From positions 463-64,462 of the forward strand of contig CAZIAP010000003.1 in NCBI GenBank assembly GCA_964537315.1: a stretch of 64,000 nucleotides of DNA. The letters run 5' to 3'. Position 1 is the first letter of the stretch; every line of letters starts with the position of its first letter. A program made the translations under genes and the position numbers. Positions 1 through 9,561 of the stretch are shown here, piece by piece. Source of the stretch: an uncultured Gammaproteobacteria bacterium (GTDB taxonomy: Bacteria > Patescibacteriota > Microgenomatia > Levybacterales > GWA1-39-11). The notes below the pieces were generated by a model that saw only the letters and a list, made by a program, of their open reading frames with translations, was not told where the DNA came from and did no database searches.

Positions 1-915
<915 letters not shown>

Positions 916-1106
916 GAAAATCAATCCACGATCTTTTCATTTGATACATTGCTTTGTCAGAATCTATAGTGCTCAACAATGTACTTATATAGTACATTTT
1001 ATTGCGCGCTTCAATTCTTCCTTGCACTGCATTCAACTGCAAAAGCACGTGAAAGTTCAACCGAAGTTGTTGATTAGTTTGCAGATTACTAACTTTTACC
1101 CTTAAG

Positions 1107-1223
1107 CCTTTCGGTCTTCTGAGCGATATGGAACCACCTCTTCCCTTTCCGAACAGAGTAGTGAAACATGTCAGCGCTTACGATACTAGGCAGTAGCCCG
1201 GGAAAATAAGTCAAGGCCGGGGG
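1107..1223 (+). rRNA. rrf: 5S rRNA
   Basis: ACCACCTCTTCCCTTTCCGAACAGAGTAGTGAAA and CGATACT...GGGAAAATAAGTCA motifs; terminal helix extended by TTTTACCCTTAAG/CTTAAGGGTAAAA; lies downstream of 23S. Confidence 0.93.
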
Positions 1224-1369
1224 ACTTAAGGGTAAAAAACAGGGAATTTACTAATGTCTAATAACTAATATCTAATTAGGTCAATTAGGATTTAGAATAA
1301 TTAGAAATTTTCATCTTACTTCTCAATTGTTAGTGAACAAATAATAAAATTCTTCTCCAAAATAAAGTT

Positions 1370-1939
1370 TTATCCCTGGTGGTGTGTGCTTAGATACTTC
1401 TCTAGACCATTTTTTATAATCGATTCAACTGTCTCAACTGCGCTATCAATCATTGTACGAACCGCTTTTTCTTCACTTGCGTCAAAAGGTGCAAGAACAA
1501 AGTCTTCTGTTGGCATACTTTGTGCCTCCACACCGATTCCAAGCCTTATTCTCAGAAATTCATCAGTACCCAAAGAGTCAATAATAGACTGTATTCCTTT
1601 ATGTCCGCCAGCACTACCACCAAATCTTACGCGTAACTTTCCTAGAGGAAGATCTTTATCATCGTATATCACCGCAATGTCATTAGGAGATATTTTATAG
1701 TAATCCGTGTAAGACCTAACTGATTTTCCAGAGTTATTCATAAAAGTGTGTGGCTGCATGAAAGTGATTTGCTGACTATTTATCATTACTTCTTGGGTAA
1801 GTGCATGATGCTTCTCATCATTTTTCCACTTAGAGTCAGAATGTTTTTGAAGTAGAGCACCAGTGACAACAAAACCTAAGTTGTGTCTGGTTTGGGCATA
1901 TTTTCTACCTGGATTTCCCAGTCCGACTATTAACCTCAT
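1370..1939 (-). CDS. pth: Peptidyl-tRNA hydrolase
   Basis: LIVGLGNPG...TRHNLGF, TFMNNSG, GSAGGHKG, RIRLGIG motifs. Confidence 0.97.
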   Translation of the reverse strand: MRLIVGLGNPGRKYAQTRHNLGFVVTGALLQKHSDSKWKNDEKHHALTQEVMINSQQITFMQPHTFMNNSGKSVRSYTDYYKISPNDIAVIYDDKDLPLGKLRVRFGGSAGGHKGIQSIIDSLGTDEFLRIRLGIGVEAQSMPTEDFVLAPFDASEEKAVRTMIDSAVETVESIIKNGLEKYLSTHHQG

Positions 1940-1940
1940 A

Positions 1941-2576
1941 TTAGTACATATCGTGGTGATCCTCGTGTTTGCTTTTCCGAATTACTTTTCCGGTTACTTT
2001 GCCCTGAGAATCAATTTCATAAACGTAGGCTTCTCCTGTTGCTAGTTCTAAATGTGGGATGTTCTCATCTGATATGTCCTCTAAATATTTTATAAGAGCG
2101 CGTAGGCTATTACCATGAGCAGCAATTAAGACATTTTTATCTTTTATGAGAAGTGGCTCAATCTGTTCTTTAAAGTAAGGAATAACTCTTTCAAATACCT
2201 GCTTAAGCGATTCTCCTTCTGGTATAGGATAATCCCAGCTACGGCGGATTTGGGTAAATACCTCATCCCCGACTTCTTTCTGAACTTCCCATTTGTTTTT
2301 TCCGGTGTAGATACCATAACTACGTTCATTGAGCTCAATAGCCTTGGTCGTCGGAATATCCTGGCCGAGTACTTTTTTGATGACATCAAGTGTTTGTTGC
2401 GCGCGGATCAATTGCGAGGTGAATGCGTGATCGAACTGGATTTCTTTGAGGCCTTCTCCTGCATGGTATGCCTCATCTCTTCCTTTTTCGGTCAATGGCA
2501 CATCAGTCCATCCGGTCCACAAACCTTTGATGTTCCATTCTGATTCACCATGTCTGACTAATGCAAGTTTTGCCAT
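1941..2576 (-). CDS. gpmA: 2,3-bisphosphoglycerate-dependent phosphoglycerate mutase
   Basis: LVRHGESEWN, GWTDVPLT, LNERSYG, AAHGNSLRAL. Confidence 0.96.
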   Translation of the reverse strand: MAKLALVRHGESEWNIKGLWTGWTDVPLTEKGRDEAYHAGEGLKEIQFDHAFTSQLIRAQQTLDVIKKVLGQDIPTTKAIELNERSYGIYTGKNKWEVQKEVGDEVFTQIRRSWDYPIPEGESLKQVFERVIPYFKEQIEPLLIKDKNVLIAAHGNSLRALIKYLEDISDENIPHLELATGEAYVYEIDSQGKVTGKVIRKSKHEDHHDMY

Positions 2577-2578
2577 AT

Positions 2579-3208
2579 CTAAAAAACTAAAGGAATTTTC
2601 AATAGTGACATTGAGTACTGAACGACTGAAAACAATAACCGTCCAATACTGAACCCCCCAATTGGAAAGAATAAAAGAAAGACAAGAATTAATATTCCAA
2701 CGCTACCTATAGATTGGAAGCGAGCAGCTGCTTCATCGCTTAGTAATATTGATATGACTTTTGATCCATCAAGCGGAGGAATAGGGATCAAATTTAAGAA
2801 TGCAAGGTATAAGTTCATAAAAATTACACTAATTATAATAGTGGACGGAAGAATTGTATGAAATAAAGCAGCAAAGACTACAGCGATTATGATATTTGTT
2901 AGTGGACCGGATAAAGCGACTATTGCCATGTCTTTTTTCCCATCTTTTAAGTAGAGAGGGTTTACAGGGACAGGTTTTGCCCAGGCAATAAAAAATCCAG
3001 GGGATGAGCCTGAGATAAGCGCTGGTAGAATAAAAAGAGCAGGAAGAAGAATTGTGCCAAGTGGATCAATATGAGGAATAGGGTTTAAAGTGATTCTTCC
3101 TAATAAGCGAGCTGTGGGATCACCAAGTTTTTCTGCAACCCAACCATGCGCAATTTCGTGAAGGATTACAGAGAAAATCAGGATGCCGAAAAATACAATC
3201 GTTTCCAT
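2579..3208 (-). CDS. Site-2 protease family (M50) membrane metallopeptidase
   Basis: HEIAH zinc motif, NLIPIPPLDG motif, several hydrophobic segments. Confidence 0.93.
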   Translation of the reverse strand: METIVFFGILIFSVILHEIAHGWVAEKLGDPTARLLGRITLNPIPHIDPLGTILLPALFILPALISGSSPGFFIAWAKPVPVNPLYLKDGKKDMAIVALSGPLTNIIIAVVFAALFHTILPSTIIISVIFMNLYLAFLNLIPIPPLDGSKVISILLSDEAAARFQSIGSVGILILVFLLFFPIGGFSIGRLLFSVVQYSMSLLKIPLVF

Positions 3209-3421
3209 TCACTTATGATACCAGATGGGCTTTTAATATCAAAATAGGAAAACAAATACGGTACTCGAGTTTCGTGATTCTTTAGTTAATGGGGTAGATT
3301 TTTAAACAATATAACAACTTAGTTTTAAATCAATTACGATTTGTACTCAATTCTGTTTGCGCTACATTATCTCATGTGGTACAATGAAGCGTATCTATTT
3401 AGAAGCGGAGGCAATTAATGC

Positions 3422-4534
3422 GTGTCAAATACAAAATCTAATTCACATTCACCCGCAAAGTCGGGATCAGGACAAGCCACATCAATGGCCGAGCTTATGG
3501 CTCGTGCAGACAAATTTCAAACTCTGAAAAAAGGACAAGTTGTTACTGGAAAAATAAAAAAATTAACTCCACAGGAAATTTTACTTGATATTGGTGCAAA
3601 GAGTGATGCTTTGGTTATCGAGTACGATAAACAAAATTTGGAAAATCTTCTTAATCTTCTCAAAGAAGGAGATACAGTTGATGCAACAGTTATTTCAGTG
3701 GAGTCTGAAGAAGGATTTCCTGTAGTCTCTTTGCGCAGGACTTTGGATGATAAGATTTTTTCTCAATTTGAGACAGAGTTTACTGAAAATAAAACAGTTT
3801 CAGTCCAAGTAGCTGATTCGACGCGCGGAGGATATTTTGTTGAAAGTGGACATGGTCTAAAAGGATTTTTACCAAACTCTCAGATTATGCCTGAACTACA
3901 GGAAAAAGATAACTCATTGGTAGGAAGTACCATAGATGTGAAAATTATTGAGTTTGACCGTGCTCGCAAACGTATTATATTTTCTCAAAAAGCGACTGTC
4001 TATACTACCGATAGTGCAGAGATTGCAAAGCTAGCTCCTAAAGATGCAACGGTTGAGGGTGTAATAACCTCTGTTACACCGTACGGCATTTATCTTACAA
4101 TTACCCCTAATAAAAATACAAAGATTGAAGGCTTTGTACACATCTCAGAACTTTCCCATGACAGAGTTGAGGATATAAATGCTCTTTACAAAGAAGGGGA
4201 TAAAGTAAAAGCACAGGTGAAAGATATAGACAGCGATAATAGAAGAGTTAATCTATCAGTTAAGAATCTCTCAGTAGACCAGTTTGATAGTGTCAAAGAG
4301 AAATACCCGTTGGAATCAAAAGTAAACGGAACTGTTAGTGATGTAAAATCTCGGGGAATTACGGTTACACTTGAGGATGGTGTCTCCGCTTTTATTCCTG
4401 CTAACAAAGTCCCTACAGGCACAGAGTACACACAAGGTGATGTAGTTGAAGTTGAAGTGGCAGATTATGATCTAAAACGCCGACTGATTTTGGTATCGCC
4501 GGTTCTTAAAGCTAAGTTCATTGGATACAGATAA
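3422..4534 (+). CDS. rpsA: 30S ribosomal protein S1 (four S1 domains)
   Basis: Repeated S1 motifs such as GFLPNSQI and EGFVHISELSHDRV...GDKVKAQV. Confidence 0.88.
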   Translation: MSNTKSNSHSPAKSGSGQATSMAELMARADKFQTLKKGQVVTGKIKKLTPQEILLDIGAKSDALVIEYDKQNLENLLNLLKEGDTVDATVISVESEEGFPVVSLRRTLDDKIFSQFETEFTENKTVSVQVADSTRGGYFVESGHGLKGFLPNSQIMPELQEKDNSLVGSTIDVKIIEFDRARKRIIFSQKATVYTTDSAEIAKLAPKDATVEGVITSVTPYGIYLTITPNKNTKIEGFVHISELSHDRVEDINALYKEGDKVKAQVKDIDSDNRRVNLSVKNLSVDQFDSVKEKYPLESKVNGTVSDVKSRGITVTLEDGVSAFIPANKVPTGTEYTQGDVVEVEVADYDLKRRLILVSPVLKAKFIGYR

Positions 4535-4539
4535 ACTGA

Positions 4540-4650
4540 ATTCAAAAGTTAAAAGTCAAAAAGCAAATTTATAATGCGTAAGACGAAATTATCTAAACTT
4601 CTTTACTTTTAAACTGCACTTTTGACTTCTTCCTTTTGATTTTTGACTTT
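4540..4650. repeat. Short-period (about 7 nt) imperfect repeats arranged as an inverted pair
   Basis: TCAAAAGTTAAAAGTCAAAAAGCAAA on the left and TTTTGACTTC...TTTTGATTTTTGACTTT on the right. Confidence 0.55.
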
Positions 4651-4693
4651 CTTACGTTTCATTTCAATTAGATATTTATAATAATCACAAGAT

Positions 4694-6031
4694 ATGGCAA
4701 AGAATTCATCTTTATACGTATGTAATAACTGCGGGTATGAATCAGGCAAGTGGTATGGGAAATGTCCTGAGTGCAGTGCATGGAACTCATTTACTCAAGT
4801 TGCAGCACCTGATAAAAAAGCTGCTCGTTCTGCTCGTGGTCCGGTAGCTGAGCCTGTAAGCATAGGAACTATTAAAAGTGTAGCAGAAAACAGGACGAGT
4901 ACGGGTTTTGGAGAGTTTGATAGAGTTTTAGGCGGGCGTGATCAAAATATGGGAATTGTACCAGGATCTGTCATGCTGCTTTCAGGTGATCCGGGTGTAG
5001 GAAAGTCAACTATAATGCTACAGTTAGGTATTAATCTGGCGAGAGCTGGTAAAAAAGTAGTGTATATCACTGGTGAGGAGTCTGAGAGTCAGGTCAAGAT
5101 GCGATCAGAACGTGTCGAGACTGAAAAAGCACTTGAAAAGCTACCTTTATATATTCTTTCATCTACAGATATTGATGCTGCTCTGGAATCAGCAGAACAG
5201 ACTGTTCCTGATCTCCTTATAATTGACTCCATACAGACTATGGTGTCTACGGAGCTTACAGGATTCGCAGGTTCGATACCACAAATTCGTTATGCAACTT
5301 CCCGTTTGGTCTCATTTGCGAAAAAAAATAATATACCAGTATTTCTAATTGGTCACGTTACAAAAGAGGGGATGGTGGCAGGTCCAATGATTTTATCTCA
5401 CATGGTAGATACAGTACTATATCTTGAAGGAGAAGCTCTTACAGGTACAAGGATTTTACGTACATTTAAAAATAGGTTTGGTGACACTAGTGAAGTGGGA
5501 ATTTTTCTGATGGAAGAAAAAGGGTTAGTTGAGTTATCTGACGCATCATCATTTTTTGTAGATAAAAAAGATGGGGGAGTTCCGGGTTCATGTGTTGCTG
5601 TCGTGATGGAGGGAAGTAGACCATTATTAGTGGAGATTCAGGCACTTGTTGTTCCAAGCACGCTTGCATATCCAAGAAGAGTTGCGAACGGAATTGCCGA
5701 AAAACGGCTTGAAATGCTACTTGCGGTTCTTCAAAAGCATGCAAGGATTCCTGTTGAGCGAATGGATGTATTTGTAAACGTGGTAGGAGGTTTAAAAGTC
5801 CAAGAACCAGCAGTTGATCTTGCGGTTTGTATGGCAATTATCTCAAGTTTTAAGAGCAAAGCACTGTCATCCACTGTGGCAATTGCAGAAGTTGGACTAC
5901 TTGGAGAGTTAAAACACGTGGTAAACTTAGACAAGAGAGTTAAAGAAGCACAGAAACTTGGGTTTAAAAAAGTGCTGTCAGCAAGGGATGCACAATTCTT
6001 GAACAATGTTATAATAAAGAATATGTCATGA
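4694..6031 (+). CDS. radA: DNA repair protein RadA/Sms
   Basis: CxxC...CxxC zinc finger, Walker A GDPGVGKST, KNRFG motif, Lon-like C-terminus. Confidence 0.97.
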   Translation: MAKNSSLYVCNNCGYESGKWYGKCPECSAWNSFTQVAAPDKKAARSARGPVAEPVSIGTIKSVAENRTSTGFGEFDRVLGGRDQNMGIVPGSVMLLSGDPGVGKSTIMLQLGINLARAGKKVVYITGEESESQVKMRSERVETEKALEKLPLYILSSTDIDAALESAEQTVPDLLIIDSIQTMVSTELTGFAGSIPQIRYATSRLVSFAKKNNIPVFLIGHVTKEGMVAGPMILSHMVDTVLYLEGEALTGTRILRTFKNRFGDTSEVGIFLMEEKGLVELSDASSFFVDKKDGGVPGSCVAVVMEGSRPLLVEIQALVVPSTLAYPRRVANGIAEKRLEMLLAVLQKHARIPVERMDVFVNVVGGLKVQEPAVDLAVCMAIISSFKSKALSSTVAIAEVGLLGELKHVVNLDKRVKEAQKLGFKKVLSARDAQFLNNVIIKNMS

Positions 6032-6852
6032 GTAAAAAAAGTGAATCAAAAGTTAAAAAAACACCGGTAAAGAAGGTGAAAACAGTATCGCAGGATGCAG
6101 TGAAAGAGGCAGTGGAAAAAAACAATCCATTTATGGAAGGAATTTTGTTGCCTCCACGTGTAGTTATGCAGATTGCTGATGAAGTAGCAAAGGTGGTAAC
6201 TGCGCGAATGGGAAGTACTAAAACTACCAGGAAGAAAAAAAAGACTAGTGGCAAAACTGTCGAAAATGCGGTGTTTCTTGACACGTCAGCTATCATTGAT
6301 GGAAGAGTCTTCGATCTCATGCAAATTGGGGCATTTTACGGCAATTTTATACTAGTTGAGGGAGTAATAGATGAGTTAAAAAATATAGCTGACAGCCGGG
6401 ACGATGTGAAGAAGGAGCGCGGGCGACTGGCGATGCAGATGCTTGATAAAGCTAAAAAGAATCGTATTGCCAAGTTCACTATCGTTGAAGATGAAAAACC
6501 TCAGGCGCCGGTAGACGATCGTATTATTGCAACAGCAAAAAAATACAAAGGTCGGATTATCACCTGTGATTTTAATCTTTCTCAGAAAGCTAAAATCAGT
6601 AACGTTCCCTCGATCGATCTTTACGAGATGGCAAACATCCTCAAAACCACGGCTGTTCCAGGCGAGACGTTTAATATAAAACTGATTCAAAAAGGAAAAG
6701 GTGAAAGCCAGGGAGTGGGTTACCTTGAAGATGGGACAATGATCGTGGTTGAACAAGGTGAGACTATGATCGGAGAAACTGTAGATGTGGAAGTTGTACG
6801 GGTTATTCAGACAGATGCAGGAAAGATTTTCTTCGGTAAATTAACGGAGTAG
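6028..6852 (+). CDS. PIN/TRAM domain protein (YacL-like)
   Basis: LDTSAIIDGR, GVGYLEDGTMIVVE, QTDAGKIFFG; overlaps the radA stop, the usual gene context. Confidence 0.9.
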   Translation: MSKKSESKVKKTPVKKVKTVSQDAVKEAVEKNNPFMEGILLPPRVVMQIADEVAKVVTARMGSTKTTRKKKKTSGKTVENAVFLDTSAIIDGRVFDLMQIGAFYGNFILVEGVIDELKNIADSRDDVKKERGRLAMQMLDKAKKNRIAKFTIVEDEKPQAPVDDRIIATAKKYKGRIITCDFNLSQKAKISNVPSIDLYEMANILKTTAVPGETFNIKLIQKGKGESQGVGYLEDGTMIVVEQGETMIGETVDVEVVRVIQTDAGKIFFGKLTE

Positions 6853-7018
6853 GGAAAAAAGTTTATTGTCAACTCAAAGGGAGTAAGCTTGCCTGCCCAA
6901 CACTCTTACCCCCTTTCAATTGACAAACTGTTTTTAGCTTCAATTGTAAGAAAATATTACAATCGATAAACATTGCAAACTCAATCTAAACAAACTCGTT
7001 TAGCCTGCAATATATTTC

Positions 7019-7048
7019 TTGACAGGACACTCATCATAATGATATCTT
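7019..7048 (+). promoter_or_regulatory. Sigma70-like promoter with no downstream ORF on this strand
   Basis: TTGACA-18 nt-TATCTT with extended TG. Confidence 0.5.
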
Positions 7049-7054
7049 ATCTAT

Positions 7055-7176
7055 CATTGCATTAGTTCGATCCTGCCTACGAACTAATTGTAAACCGAAA
7101 GAGCTTTGCTATTCGTGTCCAGACTAAGGATTTATCGTTCGAATCTGAACAGCGTAAGCGAGGCTCTTTCTTTTTT
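7055..7176 (+). ncRNA. Candidate small structured RNA
   Basis: Upstream promoter, hairpin TTAGTTCG/CGAACTAA, long hairpin GAAAGAGCTTTGCT/AGCGAGGCTCTTTC followed by a T-run. Confidence 0.45.
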
Positions 7177-7186
7177 GATTAAGCCT

Positions 7187-7336
7187 TTAGACCGCTCCCA
7201 ATCTTATCGCCAAACCTTTTTTAGCAAGTTCAACTAACTGGTCACGACCGAATTTTTCGATTGAGTTTTGATAAATATCAGGTGTTAAACCTGATTTCTT
7301 CTGTTGTTTTCCGACAATTTTTTTTAATAGCTTCAT
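7187..7336 (-). CDS. Small basic hypothetical protein, 49 aa (MKLLKKIVGKQQKKSGLTPDIIKNSIEKFGRDQLVELAKKGLAIRLGAV)
   Basis: Hand-translated, below the ORF-track cutoff; strong SD AAGGAG before ATG. Confidence 0.65.
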   Translation of the reverse strand: MKLLKKIVGKQQKKSGLTPDIYQNSIEKFGRDQLVELAKKGLAIRLGAV

Positions 7337-7581
7337 GTTTTAAATCTCCTTTATCCTTTACTTTTACATCGCAAAAGAAGTATATCACAGATTTTTATCT
7401 CTATCAACCTATAGCAAAATAAGCATCCAAAAGCCATATACCTATAGTAATTATATTTTAAAATAGATTGATTTATCAATATATTTTGAATCGATATAAA
7501 AAATGTGGATAACTGTGTGGATTTAAATTCCCTCTTGACAATACCAGAAAGTGATTTGTTTGTTGTATATAATTGATGGAT

Positions 7582-8739
7582 TTATCTTGCAAGGTACTCG
7601 ATTAACTCACTATAATTTGAGACAATTTTATTCCAGTCATATTTTTCTTTTACTTTACTTCGTAGTGCTTTACTGAGTTTAGAACGAACTTTTGGACTTT
7701 TAGTAAGCAGGGTGATCGCCTCATTTATTGACTTTTTATCTGGGTTAACTAATATTCCTGTTTTGTTGTGCTCAATAATTTCATTTGTTCCGCCTTTATC
7801 GGTTGCAATTACTGCACAGCCTGAGCTTCCAGCTTCAAGTAGTACATTCGGAAAGCCTTCATGGTGTAGTGAAGGGTGAACTAAAATATCTGTGTTAGCC
7901 ATAAGCTGTGCAACATCTTTTCTTTCCAGAGCTCCTGTAAAGTAGATATTTTCTACTGATTTTTTAGATAATTTTACGCACATCTCTCCATCTCCTGCAA
8001 AAATAACGTGAATATCAGAGTTTTTAGCCACAATATCTTTAACCGCGTCAAATAGTATTTGAGGACCTTTGGAAGGTATCATTCTTCCTACAAACGTAAC
8101 TAGTATGTCTCTGTTGTTGAGTTGTTTTTTAGCTTTTGGTAGTTTTCTAACACCTTGTCTTTTTCTTGGAGTGTAGAACTGTGTATCAACTCCTCCGTAC
8201 ATAATCTTGGCTTTAGGTATTCCTAGTGAGCTGAGGAAGGAAAATGTAGCTTGATTTGTAACAGTGACAGTATCGTAGAGTCGAGTGATAAGTGGAACCA
8301 GGTATACATCAACTGTTCTTGCAATTGCATTAACAAACCGTGAATCATGAATAGGGTGATGAGCACAGTGGTCAGTAAGCACTGACTTGCTTTTTGTGAG
8401 TTTAGCCACAATAGGAACCCACCATGAGCTTTCAAAAAAACGTGTATGGCTATTTATAATGTCGTACTTGTTTTTTTTAAATAACTTTCTTAATGTTTTA
8501 AACAATAAAAAGTAATTTGGTATGGCGAACTGACCAGTTAAAGGCTGCCAACATGGAACTCTGTGAATAGTCAATCCACGGTATTTTTCTGTTTTTTTGG
8601 CATTGTCAGTGTTATAGCACAGCACATCAACTGTAATGGATGGATCAGATTTCATTAAATGATAGTGCAGTTCTTCTGCGTACTGCTGACTTCCTCCTTT
8701 GTGAGGATAAAAATAAGGTGTAACTACGAGTATTCGCAT
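7582..8739 (-). CDS. Glycosyltransferase family 4 (GT-B)
   Basis: MRILVVTPYFYPHKGG, FVGRMIPSKG, EGFPNVLLEA motifs. Confidence 0.93.
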   Translation of the reverse strand: MRILVVTPYFYPHKGGSQQYAEELHYHLMKSDPSITVDVLCYNTDNAKKTEKYRGLTIHRVPCWQPLTGQFAIPNYFLLFKTLRKLFKKNKYDIINSHTRFFESSWWVPIVAKLTKSKSVLTDHCAHHPIHDSRFVNAIARTVDVYLVPLITRLYDTVTVTNQATFSFLSSLGIPKAKIMYGGVDTQFYTPRKRQGVRKLPKAKKQLNNRDILVTFVGRMIPSKGPQILFDAVKDIVAKNSDIHVIFAGDGEMCVKLSKKSVENIYFTGALERKDVAQLMANTDILVHPSLHHEGFPNVLLEAGSSGCAVIATDKGGTNEIIEHNKTGILVNPDKKSINEAITLLTKSPKVRSKLSKALRSKVKEKYDWNKIVSNYSELIEYLAR

Positions 8740-8746
8740 AGCAGTA

Positions 8747-9520
8747 TTAGAAAAAATAGGTTGTAAAACTTTGAGCGAGGGATGAAATTCTGTCAGCAGC
8801 GTATTTTACTTGCTGCTTGCGGTCAACTTTATCGACTGTAAACCGTCTTTTAATAATGTAAAGCAGATGTTCTGTGCCTGTTTTCCATATATTTTGTTTG
8901 CTCATCCCAAACTGCCTGATAGTGTGTGGGATATGATACTCGGAAAAGTGTATATTGGGATGACATAGAGCGGCAAGTTTTATCTCCGGAGAAAAATTCC
9001 ATTCACCTCTGTGTACAGCTAACTTACCAATACATGATTTTTTCATTACCCACATACCGCTTAAAATGTCTTGAATTTGAATTCCATATAGTAGAGATAC
9101 TTGTAAGTTAAGTACTTTCACACCTAGTTGGCGTGTTCTTGAGATCGCGCGAGGATTATCTAACGGGAAACGTGAGCAGGATACAAAGTCCGCGTTACTT
9201 TTCTCCATATATGTAACTATATCTTTAATTGCTTCAAGAGGGTATGTATCATCACCGTCTAGCGCAACGATGATATCACCAGTTGCGTTCTTCATTCCTG
9301 TCTGGTGTGCGTAGCCGTAACCAACGCCATCAACATTACGTTTTTCGATAAAGACTTTTGCACCAAATGCTTTTGCAACTGCTGCTGTATTATCGCTAGA
9401 GTCATTATCTACCACTATAACTTCATCAATATAGGCTGGAAGTTTTTGCAACATAGAGTAGAGAGCAGTCTCTTCATTTCTGCATGGTATGATGAGTGAT
9501 AGCTTTTTTTTGTTTAACAT
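8747..9520 (-). CDS. Glycosyltransferase family 2 (DPM1-like); probable start 9520
   Basis: SLIIPCRNEE, VIVVDNDSSDNT, DGDDTY; TGnTATAAT directly upstream of the ATG at 9520. Confidence 0.9.
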   Translation of the reverse strand: MLNKKKLSLIIPCRNEETALYSMLQKLPAYIDEVIVVDNDSSDNTAAVAKAFGAKVFIEKRNVDGVGYGYAHQTGMKNATGDIIVALDGDDTYPLEAIKDIVTYMEKSNADFVSCSRFPLDNPRAISRTRQLGVKVLNLQVSLLYGIQIQDILSGMWVMKKSCIGKLAVHRGEWNFSPEIKLAALCHPNIHFSEYHIPHTIRQFGMSKQNIWKTGTEHLLYIIKRRFTVDKVDRKQQVKYAADRISSLAQSFTTYFF

Positions 9521-9561
9521 AGGCGTAATTATAGCAAAACTATAGGTTAAAGTCAAACCAA

